DNA of 64,000 nt from an uncultured Gemmataceae bacterium (GTDB taxonomy: Bacteria; Planctomycetota; Planctomycetia; Gemmatales; Gemmataceae). The stretch lies in assembly GCA_963750165.1 (NCBI GenBank), contig CAVVPN010000003.1:2432001-2496000 (forward strand), written 5' to 3'. The notes under the pieces were generated by a model. That model made no database searches and was not told the DNA's origin. It was given only the letters and a program-made list of their open reading frames with translations. The position numbers and the translations under genes are program-made. Shown here piece after piece: positions 41,018 to 51,906 of the stretch (position 1 is the first letter of the stretch; the number at the start of each line of letters is the position of its first letter).

Positions 41018-44000
41018 TCACGGCGCCGGCTGGATACCGACCTCCGGCCTGGGTGGCGTTGTCGCTGGCTGAGCGCCCCGGCTGACCGCCCGCGAACCTT
41101 CACCGAACAGCAGCAGCAGCGGACTGGCGATGTAGATCGAACTGTACGTGCCGACGATCACGCCGATCACCATCACGAACGCGAACAGGTGGACGCCCGG
41201 CCCGCCCAGGACGTAGAGCACGAACACCACCAGCCACACTGATAGCGACGACAGAATGGTGCGGCTCAACGTTTGGTTGACGCTGTCGTTAATCATCTGC
41301 GGCGTCAGCTCCGGGTTCTTGCCGCGCACCTCGCGGATGCGGTCGAAGACCACAATGGTGTCGCTGACCGAGTAGCCCACCAGCGTTAACAAGGCGGCCA
41401 CCGCGGTCAGGTCGATCTTGAAGTCCTCAATCCCCAAAAAGCCCGGCCACCAGTTGTTGACGTAATGGCAACAGGCGATGATGCCCAGCGTGAAGAACAG
41501 GTCGTGAATCAGGCAGAGCACGGTCGCCACGCCGAACGTCCAGTTGCCGAACCGGAACCACAGGTACAGCAGCAGGCCGCCCCAGCTGAGCAGGATGGCG
41601 TACATGGCCCGCAAGCGCGTGTCGGCCGCCAGCTGGCTGTCGAACGTCTCCAGGCGCTCCGGCTGCGGCCGGATCTGGAACTCATGCTTCGTCTTGTCCA
41701 GCGCCTGCTTGATCTTCTCGGTCATCACCACGTCGATCGTCTTGGAGCCGGTCGGGTTGAACGTCAGCTTGGCCTGGGCAACGCGGCCCTCCTCGCTCTT
41801 GCCCATGCCGGCCAGGTCAATCGTGAACGGCAGCTCGCGCGCCTCCTTGACGCCGAACTCCTGCAACAGCTCGCGCGTCAGCAGCGTTTTGACGAAGCTC
41901 GGCGAGGCGAAATACTCCTTGCCGGTGTCCGCGTCGGTGAAGCTGACCTCCGTCTCGCGGTTGGCCCGCGGTTGCTCCAGCATGCCCTCCTTGTAGTCCA
42001 TCTTGACCTGGCGCAGCAGCGGTAGGCCCTTGGCGTTCTGCAGCAGACGGTCGATGGTCGCCTGCACCAGTTCGGCTTCCTTCTCGGAGGTGCGGACGTT
42101 GAACAGCCGGCTTTTGCTTTCCTGCTTGTTCTCCTCGGCCTGTTTCGGGTCGCGCTTCGCGTCCTCCTCCTCGTGGATGCGCGAGAAGATCAACTCGACC
42201 GACCAGTCCGGTAGTGCCGCGGCCCGTTTCGCGATCACCGCGGCGCGGGCCTCCGGCGTGGCGCCCTCGGGCTCGTTGGCCAGGTTGACGGTGCGCGCCG
42301 GCGTCTCGGTGCCGTCGGCGTTCTTGTAACGGATCGTGAAGCTGTAGCCGTTCGAGCCCGGCACCTCCGTCACGACCGGCTTGAGCAACTCCTTCTGCCG
42401 CTCCTCGTCGAACAGCTTCCGGTAGCCCTCCATGTTGCGCGCCTCGCCCAGCTTCAGCTGGCCGCCATAGGCGGTGCCGCCGCGGAAGTCGATGTTCAGG
42501 TCGTTGGGCAACCGGTAGATGAAGAAGGTCATGCCGGCGATGGTCAGGATGACGGTCGCGGTGAACCAGTAATAGCGGATGCCCATGAAGTCGATGTCGG
42601 GGCGGTGGAACAGGTGCATCATCTTCAACTGCTTCAGCCAGCCGCGCGCCTGCCACAGATCGAACATCAACCGCGTCATGTACAGCGAGGTGAACAGGCT
42701 GATGAGCAGGCCGAGCGTCAGGCTGATGCCAAAACCCTTCAACTGGTCGTTGCCCACGATGTAGAGCACGACCGCGGTGAAGATGCTGCTCAGGTGGGTA
42801 TCGATGATCGTCGGCAACGCGCGGTCGTAGCCCTGACGGATGGCCACGAGCAGGTTGGCGCCGCGCTCACGCTCCTCGCGGAGTCGCTCGTAGATGAGCA
42901 CGTTGGCGTCCACGGCCATGCCCAACGTCAACACCAGGCCGGCCAGGCCCGGCAGCGTGAAGGTGGCACCGCAGAAGGCCATGAAACCGACCGTGATGAC
43001 GAGGTTGGCCAGCAACGCAATACACGCCACCAGGCCGGCGAAGCGGTAGTAGACGAGCATGAACGCCAGGATGGCCGCGAACGCCAGGGCGATGGCGGTG
43101 ATGCCGGAGTTGATAGTGTCCTGGCCGAGCGTCGCGGCCATGGTGCTCTCGCTCACCGGTTGCGGCTTGAGCGTTGCCGGCAGCGCCCGGCGCGGAGGAT
43201 GTTGACCAGCTCATCCACCTCCTTGCTGGTGAAGCTGCCGCTGATCTGGCCGTGTGTGGTGATCTGCGAGTTGATGGTCGGCGCCGACATCACCAGGCCG
43301 TCGAGGATGATGGCCAGGTGCCGCTTGTTGGAGGTGTCGTCGCCGGTGGTGCCGGCGGACGGCACATTCTTGCCGGTCAACTCGCCGAACAGGGCGCCGC
43401 CCTCGTTGTTGAACGTGAACGACACCGCCGGCCGGCCGTCGCTGCCCGGCATGTTGACGGCGCTGACCAGGTACTTGCCGTCGATCTTCTTTTCCTTGCC
43501 GGTGGCCGGGTTGATTTCGGGGTTGCGAGTCAGCACGAAGTATTCAACCTGCTTCTGCCGGCGCTCCTCCTCGGGCAGGTTGCGGTCCTCGCAGTTCCGA
43601 CTGAAGAACAGGGCGCCGTTGAGCCAGAAGCGTTCGCCGCCGGAACCGGGCAGCTTCAGCTGCGTGGCGTAGGTGCCGGCGCGGGCGGCGGCCATCTCGG
43701 CCCAGTTACCGCTGCGGCCGGGCTCGGACTTGGCCAGGTTGTTCAGGTGCAGTTGCAACCGCTCCTGCTTGCCCAGTTCGACCCAGCTGTAGGTGACGGT
43801 GCTGGTCTCGCCGCGGGCCAGCTTGATGGTGTACGGCTTCGGATCGCCGGTGGCGCCGCCGGTGCGCGGGCCGGGCGGCGGCAGGCCCTTGAGCTGATCG
43901 TTGTCCAGTTCGGCCTTGAGCTTGTTGTTGTCCTTGGCCAGCTTGAACAGGTTCTTGGCGTCCTCGATGGCGGCCCGGTCGTCGTTCTGGTTGGCCAGGA

Positions 44001-45261
44001 TGCGGAACTCCAGGCTGCCCACCTTGGACACCAGGTCCTTGATGCGCTGCACCTCCTCGACGGTCAGGTCGCGCTGCCGGCCGCTCGCCTTGTTGCTCTC
44101 TTCGATGGTCTTCTCAATCGACTCCAGCGATGGGCCGTAGTGGTCGCGGATGAAGTCGGCCACCTCCGTGCGCGGCAGGAAGTCGTCGCTGCCCTGCTCG
44201 CCCACGAAGTCCTTGCCGAGGACGCCTTCCAGGGTGCTCATGAACGCCTGACCGATGGTGTTGCCCTTCATCTCGACGCGGCCGATCAACTCCTCGACGG
44301 CGTCGGGCTCAACGTTCTTGAGGGCCTCGAAGCGCAATTTGGCCTGCTCCGCCTCCACCTCGGCCTTGGTTTTGTCCTTGTCGTTCTTGTACTTCTCGCG
44401 CATCTTCTCGGGGTTGAAGATGTCCCAGTGCTGGGCGATCTTGTCGAGCAGCCGGTTCCAGGCCTGTTGCTTGAACCAGTAGCCGATTTCCTTCTCGCGC
44501 GAGTAGTCGTTGACGAGGTCCTTGACCCGGCGCACCATGCCTTCCAGGGTGGTAACCTGCGGCCTGGCGCCTGGGGCGGTGACCGGGGCGGTGGGATCGA
44601 ACTGAATGGCCTTGGCCCGCAGGGGACTGGTCTGGTAGTTGCTGACGGCGAACACCAGGGCCGGGCTGTGCAGTGCCACGGTAGTCGTCGCCAGGTCGAT
44701 GTCGGCGATGTGGTAGAGTTCATCGCTGAGCGGCTTGAAGTCGCGGGCTTTTTGCGCCAGCTCCTTCAGCGACTCGCGGCTGGTGAACAGTTCCTTGCTC
44801 CAGATGCGTTGCTGGAGCATTTGCTGAATGCGCAGGGCCAGTTCCTGGGTCTTGCCGCGCGGCACGTCCAGGTTTTCGAGGTCGTACTTCTTCTGCATGT
44901 CGGCCAGCAACTCGTTCCACTGCTGCTGCGCCTTTTCGGCTTTGCGGACGCCGCCGGTGGGCAGAATGATCTCGACGCGGCCCTCGCCGCCGGCCGGCCG
45001 GATGGTGACGTTGTACAGGTCGTTGGGGTCGATGCGCCGCTTGAGCGACTCGGCCAGCAGGTTGGTGTCCTGCTTGGGGTTGTAGCTGGAGCGCTCGTCG
45101 GCCAGCTGCTTGCGCGTGTCCACCTCGTAGACGAGGATGGTGCCGCCGGACAGATCGACGCCCAGCTTGAAGGTGTCGTTGACGTAGGCCGACCAGATGG
45201 CCGCGAGCGACAGCAACACCGGCACGACGCAAATAACGATTCGCCAGAAGAATGGTCGCAT
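41018..45261 (-). CDS. secDF: Fused protein translocase SecDF; 1-nt frameshift near 43185
   Basis: KLGVDLSGG, AIILDG..SAPTI, GMAVDANVLIYER, IDFRGG, GYSVSDTIVVFDRIRE; adding one G restores LRAGALPATL. Confidence 0.92.
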
Positions 45262-45266
45262 AATGG

Positions 45267-45372
45267 GTCCGTGGTCCGTGGTCCGGGGTCCGTTGCCGCC
45301 GCGGTCCAGTCAAAGTCAGTCCGGTCAGCCGCTCAAGCGCTGCTGGCAACGGACCACGGACCACGGACAACG
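45267..45372. repeat. Inverted heptamer tandem-repeat element (gtccgtg / cacggac)
   Basis: gtccgtggtccgtggtccggggtccgttg ... caacggaccacggaccacggac. Confidence 0.85.
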
Positions 45373-45383
45373 AACGAAATTGG

Positions 45384-45764
45384 TTATTTTCCGCCCGGCG
45401 CGGCGGCCTTGATGTTCTGGGCGTTGTCGGTGGCGGCCGGCGCGTCCTTGGCGTTGATGATGCGGGCGATGCTGCTCTTCAGGACGCGGAGCTTGGCGCC
45501 CCCCTCCAGGCTGAGCGTCACCTCGTCGTCCTTGATGTTGTGCACGACGGCGATGATGCCGGCGTTCGTCAGCACCTCGTCGTTCTTCTTCAGCTTGCCG
45601 AACAGTTCCTCGCGCTGCTGCTTCTCCTTGCGGTGCGCGGGCATGATGATCAGGAAGTAGAAGAGGCCGAACATCACGGCAATGGGGATGAGCATCCCCG
45701 TGAGGGGGTCCGGTCCCCCTGACGGCTTTTCTTCGGCAGCGAGTAACACCAGTGCGGTCAACAT
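45384..45764 (-). CDS. yajC: Preprotein translocase subunit YajC
   Basis: FYFLIIMP..LKKNDEVLTNAGI..KSSIA; lies between tgt and secDF. Confidence 0.93.
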   Translation of the reverse strand: MLTALVLLAAEEKPSGGPDPLTGMLIPIAVMFGLFYFLIIMPAHRKEKQQREELFGKLKKNDEVLTNAGIIAVVHNIKDDEVTLSLEGGAKLRVLKSSIARIINAKDAPAATDNAQNIKAAAPGGK

Positions 45765-45847
45765 GACGGCCACCCTCAAGAACGCGAAAACGTGCGGGTC
45801 GCAACGATTTTCGCGATTATTCCAGCACGGTAAGAGAAAGAGGTATC

Positions 45848-46957
45848 TTAAAAACTTGCTTCCCAGCGGGCAAGGCTGACTGCGCAAAACGCCGCGAAGC
45901 GCTGCTGAGCGATGGCCTGCCGGGCCTCGGCGAGCAGCCTGCCGTAAAACGCGACGTTGTGTAGCGACAGCAACGTCGGCCCGAGCATCTCGTCCGCCTG
46001 AAACAGGTGGTGCAGGTACGCCCGGCTGAAGTGCCGGCAGGCGTAGCACCCACATTCGGACTCCAGCGGGGCCGGATCTCGCCGGTGGACGGCGTTACGC
46101 ATCCGGACAGGTCCGTTCATGGTGAACGCCATGGCGTTGCGGCCGTTGCGCGTCGGCAGCACACAGTCGAACATGTCGATGCCACCGGCGACCCCGCGCA
46201 GCACGTCCTGCGGCCGGCCGACGCCCATGAGATAGCGCGGCTTGTGGGCCGGCAGCAGCGCCGCGGTCGGCGCCAGCGCCGCCAGCATCTGCGCCTCGGT
46301 CTCGCCGACGCTGAAGCCGCCCAGTGCGTAGCCGGGGAAGTCCAGCGCCGTCAGCGCCTCGGCACAGCGGCCGCGCAGCTCCACGTCGGTGCCGCCCTGC
46401 ACGATGGCGAACAGCGCCTGATCGGGCCGGGTGTGGGCGGCCCGGCAGCGCTCGGCCCAGTGAATGGTGCGGCGCACGGCGTCGCGGTGCGGGGCCAGGG
46501 CGGCGTCGCCGGGCGGGCATTCGTCCAGGCACATGGCGATGTCGGAGCCGAGGTTTTCCTGGATGCGCACGGCCCGCTCGGGCGTCAGCTCGAAGAGGGC
46601 GCCGTCGATGTGCGAGCGGAAGACGGCGCCGCGGTCGTCGATCTGGCGGCTGGCGGCGAGGCTGAAGACCTGATAACCGCCGCTGTCGGTGAGGATGGGG
46701 CGGTCCCAGGCCATGAAGCGGTGCAGGCCGCCCAGCGCCGCGATCAGTTCGTCGCCGGGCCGCAGCGCCAGGTGATAGGTGTTGCCGAGCACGACCTGGG
46801 CGCCGGCGTCGTGGAGCATCTGCGGCGTCAGGCCCTTGACGGTCGCCTGGGTGCCGACGGCCATGAAGACGGGCGTCTGGACGGTGCCGTGCGGCGTGTG
46901 CAGGCGGCCCAGGCGGGCGGCGCCGTCGGTCTGGAGTAGCTCGAAGCGGATGGTCAT
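45848..46957 (-). CDS. tgt: tRNA-guanine transglycosylase
   Basis: TPVFMAVGT, NTYHL, TDSGGYQ, DMFDCVLPTR, CGCYAC. Confidence 0.97.
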   Translation of the reverse strand: MTIRFELLQTDGAARLGRLHTPHGTVQTPVFMAVGTQATVKGLTPQMLHDAGAQVVLGNTYHLALRPGDELIAALGGLHRFMAWDRPILTDSGGYQVFSLAASRQIDDRGAVFRSHIDGALFELTPERAVRIQENLGSDIAMCLDECPPGDAALAPHRDAVRRTIHWAERCRAAHTRPDQALFAIVQGGTDVELRGRCAEALTALDFPGYALGGFSVGETEAQMLAALAPTAALLPAHKPRYLMGVGRPQDVLRGVAGGIDMFDCVLPTRNGRNAMAFTMNGPVRMRNAVHRRDPAPLESECGCYACRHFSRAYLHHLFQADEMLGPTLLSLHNVAFYGRLLAEARQAIAQQRFAAFCAVSLARWEASF

Positions 46958-46966
46958 GATACTTCT

Positions 46967-47080
46967 TTGCTGCCGCTTGCGGCTTCGCGATTGACTCCCC
47001 TCGCCCCCTTCAGGGGGCGAGGGGAGTCAAACACAGCGCTACACCCGAACGCAACGCGCCTTCAGCGGCAAGCGGCAGAA
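46967..47080. repeat. Nested palindromes: a cccctc-family hairpin inside a gccgcttgc-family element
   Basis: ctgccgcttgcggct..[ttgactcccctcgccccc-ttca-gggggcgaggggagtcaa]..gcaagcggcag. Confidence 0.7.
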
Positions 47081-47090
47081 AAACCAACCC

Positions 47091-48078
47091 TCAGTCCCCA
47101 ACCGTGGACGTGATCTTCACCTGGTACGAACCGCTGGACTCATTCTGCCACGGGCTGGGCACAATGTGGACATACAGCCGGCCCTCGCGGTTGGGCGTGC
47201 CGGCATAGCGGCTGCCGATGACGAACGGCTCGCCATCCGTGCCGATGCGGCCGAGCAGCGTACCCGAGAAGTGCGGGCCGCGCTTGCCGCCCTGCATGTA
47301 GCCGCTAGCCTGACTCATGTACTGGCCCGGCCCCTGCGGCCACAGGTCCACCTGGCCGCTGGCTTCGATGACCAGTTTGCTGATGCCGTCCACGTAAAAA
47401 TCGGTCTCCATCCAGGCGAGTTGCTGGCTGGCGTACTTGGCGGCGTCCACGGCGAACTCGGTGTCGCTGCTGCCGCCGCGCAGCCAGCGGATGTGCCGCA
47501 CGCCCGCGACCTGCACCTGCAGGTCGCCGAAGTACTCCGCCCTGGCCTTGAGGATCGGCGAGGTGATGCGGCCAATGATCGTGAACGTCGGCGTGACGAT
47601 GACATCCTCCTGCCGCAGTCGTAGCATCTGTTCGGGCACCTTGGCGCGGATGCGCTTCGAGCGCCACGCTGACGCGCTCGCCCACCTCCGGCGAGGGCGG
47701 CCGTTTAGAGGCCGCGACCAGGGCCGGGTAAGCGTGGAAGCCCATGCCGACCAGTTCGTTGACAGCGGCGTCGCGCTCCTTGAACAGCGGGCTGCCGAGC
47801 TTCTTGAGCGCGGCCTCGATCTTCGGCTGCATGCCCTCGGGCAGGTGGATGCCGAACTCGACGCGGCGAATGTCCTTCAGGGGGACCGTCAATTTGCCAT
47901 ACTTCGTGCCAACCTCAAAGGCTTCCTGGACGATGGTCATGCGGACACGACTGCCGTTGGCGAAGAACACCTCGGCCTCGTTGTCCGCCGCGGTTGGTTT
48001 TTTCTGCACCACCTGAGCGGGGGATACGACAGGGGTAACCGTCAATACGAGGGAGAGGAGAATGCCTCGGGAGAACAT
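47091..48078 (-). CDS. Secreted hypothetical protein with a C-terminal beta-sandwich (lectin-like) domain; frameshift near 47660
   Basis: Signal peptide; TKYGKLTVP; C-terminal GTLLGRIG..F.IG..GRLY; two frames join. Confidence 0.7.
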
Positions 48079-48288
48079 GACCGCCTCCTGGTCAAAGGAA
48101 GGAAGTGAAGCGGGCCTAACCATTGATTCTAGTGCTTTGGCCCGAAACAAGTCTAGGTTATCTGACGTGCAACGGGCGGCCGCGGACGGCGGGCCGGGCG
48201 AAACCCGGCCGCTGTCGCCGCGGTAGTGGTTGCGCGGGAACGCGCGTTCCCGCCCCTCACGCCCCTCGGTTTTCTCAAGGAGTCCGCC

Positions 48289-48708
48289 ATGACCCGCATC
48301 GTCTGTGCCGCCGTGACCGCCGTCCTCGTTCTGGCCGCGCCGCTGCTTTCCGGCGAACAAACCGCCAAGAAACCGCTGGGCACCTGGTCGCGCACCAAGG
48401 ACGACGCCACGCACCGGTTCACCTTCGCGGAGAACGGCGTCCACTTCCTGGGCGAAAGCAACTTCGGCAAACTGGAACTCGACGCCGACTACGCCGTCAC
48501 CAAGGACGGCCATCTGTATGGCCGCATCCGCAAGGTGATCGAGGGCGCCGGGCCGAAAGCGGGCGAGCTGTACGGCTTCAAGTTCAAGCTCAAGGGCGAT
48601 ACGCTGACCATCAGCGATTGGCAAGGCACCGGCGGGGCCGCGCTGGGGCAGTTCCTCCAGGGCGAGTACAAGAAGGTGGACACCAAGCAGGAGAAAAAAT
48701 CCGGTTGA
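48289..48708 (+). CDS. Secreted hypothetical protein (lipocalin-like beta barrel)
   Basis: AGGAG RBS, signal peptide, PLGTW..FKLKGDTLTI..GEYKK. Confidence 0.7.
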   Translation: MTRIVCAAVTAVLVLAAPLLSGEQTAKKPLGTWSRTKDDATHRFTFAENGVHFLGESNFGKLELDADYAVTKDGHLYGRIRKVIEGAGPKAGELYGFKFKLKGDTLTISDWQGTGGAALGQFLQGEYKKVDTKQEKKSG

Positions 48709-48736
48709 TCGCTTATTAGCGCGCGTTGCGCTCGGG

Positions 48737-48797
48737 TGTAGCGGAAGTCGCCAGACTTCCCTCCAGCGCTGCTCGGAAGTCTGGCGACTTCCGCTAC
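48737..48797. repeat. REP-like inverted repeat (gtagcggaagtcgccagacttcc)
   Basis: Arms begin with GTAG and are exact reverse complements. Confidence 0.85.
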
Positions 48798-48830
48798 AAC
48801 CCAGGGCCAACGACGCCGTTGGGAGGAGTT

Positions 48831-49295
48831 ATGCAAGGCCCGGTGGAGTCGTTCCGATTCGCTTTCCTGCCGGTCTTCCTGCTAATGCTGGCCCTGGGCC
48901 TGCTGGCGAACGGTGTCTGGCTGCTGCTCTTCTTTATTCTGAAGATCAAGACCGCTGGCCTGCCGGTGAGCCTGGGCGTTACGCCGGTGGTGGTCGTGGC
49001 GGCCGCGTTCCTGGCGGTGGTGTTCTTCCCGACCGGCGTCGGCAGCTGGGGCGTGCGCGGCTACGACTCCTGGGGCCTGTATCACAACGTCGCCTGGGCC
49101 GACATGGCGGCGGTGCGGCCGGCGCGGCTGCTGGGGCTGCGGTTCCTGCGCGTCTTGCCGCGCGGCGGCGGCCGGCCCATCTGGGTGCCGCTGTTCCTGT
49201 CGGACATGGGCCGCTTCCGCGGCCTGGTGGCGCAGCACGCCGGCTCCACCCATCCGCTCACCGCCGCCCTGCAGCAGAAATCGATCCACAGATGA
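48831..49295 (+). CDS. Hypothetical membrane protein
   Basis: GGAGGAG RBS, two TM helices. Confidence 0.65.
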   Translation: MQGPVESFRFAFLPVFLLMLALGLLANGVWLLLFFILKIKTAGLPVSLGVTPVVVVAAAFLAVVFFPTGVGSWGVRGYDSWGLYHNVAWADMAAVRPARLLGLRFLRVLPRGGGRPIWVPLFLSDMGRFRGLVAQHAGSTHPLTAALQQKSIHR

Positions 49296-49362
49296 CACAG
49301 CTGACACAGATAAAGACCAATTCAAATGTCTTTATCTGTGTCAGCTGTGTCATCTGTGGATC
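49283..49362. repeat. Inverted 9-mer tandem-repeat element (cacagatga / atctgtg)
   Basis: gatccacagatgacacagctgacacagataaagac ... gtctttatctgtgtcagctgtgtcatctgtggatc. Confidence 0.85.
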
Positions 49363-49597
49363 CTCTTGGGTCTTTTCTCTGCGCTCTCCACGTTCTCTGT
49401 GGTGAATCCTCCGGGCTAGCGCGGCACCGGCAATGGAAGTACGGCCCGTGGCGGCCGACGCGGGCGGTCATGGGGGCCTGGCAGAGCGGGCAGACGATTT
49501 GCGGCAAGCAGTCCACCGCTCCCGGGACGGCGCGCCAGGCGGCGCTCCGGGGACGGCGGCGGTGGTGCGAACGGGCCATGGGACATCTCGCAGTCAA
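49322..49597 (-). CDS. Small zinc-ribbon protein
   Basis: CPLCQAPMTARVGRHGPYFHCRC; overlaps the stop of the upstream gene. Confidence 0.45.
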   Translation of the reverse strand: MTARCPMARSHHRRRPRSAAWRAVPGAVDCLPQIVCPLCQAPMTARVGRHGPYFHCRCRASPEDSPQRTWRAQRKDPRGSTDDTADTDKDI

Positions 49598-50124
49598 TCG
49601 GCAGCGGGGTCAGGGGGAGGGGCATCGGGGACAGCGACGGGCGGCGCGGGATCGACGGGCAGTTCCTCCAGGCCGGCCAGGCCGTCGGCGACCGCGACGC
49701 GGGCCTCGGGATATGGGGCGAGCAGTTTCATCAGCAACCGAGCCAGGCCGGCGAACTCGGCCCGCTGCAACAGCGGTAGCCCGTCCCGATCCGACTGCGC
49801 GGCGGCGCGGGCCAGGGCGGACCAACCCGGGGCCGTTGGCGTCTCCTTGCCGGGGCCGTGCAGCAGCCAGCATTTCGGGTCATCCCTGCGCATCTCCATC
49901 TCGGCCATGAACCGGGCGTGGGCCCGCGCCGCTTGCAGTTCCCGCACCAGCCGCCGCTTCAACAACGCGCCGTTCTGTCGCTGCCCTTGCCGCAGCCACG
50001 CCTCGAAGGTGGTCAGCGGCACTCCGAGCGAACCGGCGGCGACGTGCTCGAAGGCGCCGGCCCGAACGCGAGTGCAAATGCCCTGGATCAGGGTGTCCGT
50101 CAGGGGAACCGGTTTGCGCTTCAT
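49594..50124 (-). CDS. Terminase small subunit-like HTH protein
   Basis: LTDTLIQGICTRVRAGAFEHVAAGSLGVPLTTFEAWL resembles TerS N-terminal HTH domains; ATGA-coupled to ABC-GNAT. Confidence 0.55.
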   Translation of the reverse strand: MKRKPVPLTDTLIQGICTRVRAGAFEHVAAGSLGVPLTTFEAWLRQGQRQNGALLKRRLVRELQAARAHARFMAEMEMRRDDPKCWLLHGPGKETPTAPGWSALARAAAQSDRDGLPLLQRAEFAGLARLLMKLLAPYPEARVAVADGLAGLEELPVDPAPPVAVPDAPPPDPAAD

Positions 50125-51242
50125 GAGGATCCCAACAAATTCGCGGCCAGCGGTGCGGGCAGTGGCGGGCCGACGTAGCGAAACCCCGCTGTCAGCCGCG
50201 TGGTGGCGTGCTTCAGGCCGCCCTCCGAACCGGCGGCGAACGAGGGTTTCCGCGTCAGCCGCCAGGCCCGCGAGCGGCAGCGGGCGGCGATCATCGCCGG
50301 GTGAGTGGTGGTGCTCAGGGCGCGGTAACCCAGGCCAGTCCACAGTGCCGCGATGGTGTCGCTCAGGGCGTTGCCGATGCCGACACCCTGAAAGTCCGGC
50401 AGGGTGACCGTGCGGTGCTCGCGCCGGGCCTTCGGGCCGGTGCCGAGGAACGGCAACCAGGCGCTGAAGGCCACCGGCGTCCGCCGCCAGCTGGCGAGGA
50501 AGCACACCGCCGAGCGGTTCAGCGCGTGACTCAGATAATGATGGGCAGCGAAAAGCCGCCACGCCGATGCCTGGCAACGAACGACCTCCAGTTTGATCTC
50601 CGGCCGTCGGTGAAGACACCTCCAGGTAAAACGCTGCTCGGCGGGCCGGTACGTCCAGTCCGGCTGCAACCAGTCCTCGACATCCTCATGGCAGGTGACA
50701 GCGATGAACTGCTGGCCGCGCTGCCGCACCGTTTTCGCCAGGGCCGCGCTGCCGATCTGGGCGACGGTACGGTCCACCACGGACGTGAACTCGTCGCAGA
50801 CCACCAGCGACGGCCCGTCGCCGGCGGCAGCCGTGGCCAGCAGCCGCGCCAGTGCGACGCGAAACTGCTGACCGGTGCTGAGCACCTGGAACGGCCGCAG
50901 CCACGCCGGCGGCGACGAGAAGCCCACGGCGCACAGCAGGGCCGTCACGTCCTTGATGGACATCGTGGACGGGAAGGCGTCGAGGACGCTGCGGCGCGGA
51001 TCCCAGGTGAGGGCGGTGGCGGCGTGCAGGGCGTCGGCCCAGAGGTGGCGCGCGATGGTGGACTTGCCGCAACCGCTCGGGCCGACCACCAGGCCGACGT
51101 GCCAGGGCCGCTCCTCCAGCGGCAGTTCGACGGACCAGTGGACGGCGGAGGTGTGCTCGGCGGCGAGATCGAAGATACCGCGCACCTGAGCCACGCGCGG
51201 CGACTCCACGATGGGACAGGTGACGGTGACTGTGGTGTGCAT
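50121..51242 (-). CDS. ABC-type ATPase fused to a GNAT acetyltransferase (phage-associated type)
   Basis: GPSGCGKS, LSTGQ, CDEFTSVVDR, VTCHED; HHYL and RTVTLPDFQGVGIG. Confidence 0.85.
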   Translation of the reverse strand: MHTTVTVTCPIVESPRVAQVRGIFDLAAEHTSAVHWSVELPLEERPWHVGLVVGPSGCGKSTIARHLWADALHAATALTWDPRRSVLDAFPSTMSIKDVTALLCAVGFSSPPAWLRPFQVLSTGQQFRVALARLLATAAAGDGPSLVVCDEFTSVVDRTVAQIGSAALAKTVRQRGQQFIAVTCHEDVEDWLQPDWTYRPAEQRFTWRCLHRRPEIKLEVVRCQASAWRLFAAHHYLSHALNRSAVCFLASWRRTPVAFSAWLPFLGTGPKARREHRTVTLPDFQGVGIGNALSDTIAALWTGLGYRALSTTTHPAMIAARCRSRAWRLTRKPSFAAGSEGGLKHATTRLTAGFRYVGPPLPAPLAANLLGSS

Positions 51243-51271
51243 GAGAAACCCAAAAAGGAGGGGACAAGGAA

Positions 51272-51330
51272 TCCGAGCCCGAGCGCCAGCGCGGGGCCAA
51301 GCAGGCCCCGCGCTGGCGCTCGGGCTCGGA
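51272..51330. repeat. REP-like inverted repeat, same family as 13212-13274
   Basis: tccgagcccgagcgccagcgcggggcc ... ggccccgcgctggcgctcgggctcgga. Confidence 0.85.
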
Positions 51331-51339
51331 CTTCTGGTT

Positions 51340-51906
51340 TCAGGCGATCTTGCAGTGACACGTGAGCCCTTCGCTTTGCAGTCGCAGCAGCAAGGTGAGT
51401 TGCTCCTGCTCGTCGGCACACTCGACCATGACGAAGAATTTTTCCGGGCACAGCTCGGGCGCGCCTTCCTCGTCTTCGATGCGCTGGCGGGCCTCGGCCT
51501 CCTCGCCGTCGAGCAGCTGCCACAGGTTGCGGACGGCGGCGCTGTCGGCCTCGGCGAGGTCGCGCAGCCGGGCCAGCGTCTGCTCATCGGTCTCGGCCAG
51601 CTGCGCCAGCGGGTCGATGGCCAGCAGCAGGGCGCGGGCCTCGGCGTCGTTGACATCGAGCACTTCCACGTCGAGCACGGCGTCCGGGTCCATGCTCTTG
51701 CGCAGGTGGCCGTCGATCAGCTTGAGGCGGCCGTCGGGCAGTTCGTAGGCCAGCAGCGAGCGGGCGAAGCCGATCTCCTCGTAGAGCGCGGCCAGGGCGG
51801 CGCGCTGGGCCTTGCTGTGGCGGCGCGGGTTCAACTCGTGCGGCACCAGATCGCCGGCACGCACCCGGCGGTGGTCCTTGATGCGGTTCTTCACGGGGAG
51901 CCTCAC
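51340..51906 (-). CDS. ParB/Srx N-terminal domain protein (phage type)
   Basis: LVPHELNPRRH..EIGF..LIDGHLR; C-terminal VMVECADEQEQ..L..EG..C. Confidence 0.85.
   Translation of the reverse strand: MRLPVKNRIKDHRRVRAGDLVPHELNPRRHSKAQRAALAALYEEIGFARSLLAYELPDGRLKLIDGHLRKSMDPDAVLDVEVLDVNDAEARALLLAIDPLAQLAETDEQTLARLRDLAEADSAAVRNLWQLLDGEEAEARQRIEDEEGAPELCPEKFFVMVECADEQEQLTLLLRLQSEGLTCHCKIA

Noticed and set aside
41018..43156. Separate secD and secF genes or programmed frameshift
   Set aside because: The break falls inside the conserved LRAGALPA motif and one added base restores a single fusion
50121..51242. ABC transporter
   Set aside because: No permease or binding protein; the ATPase is fused to a GNAT in a phage context
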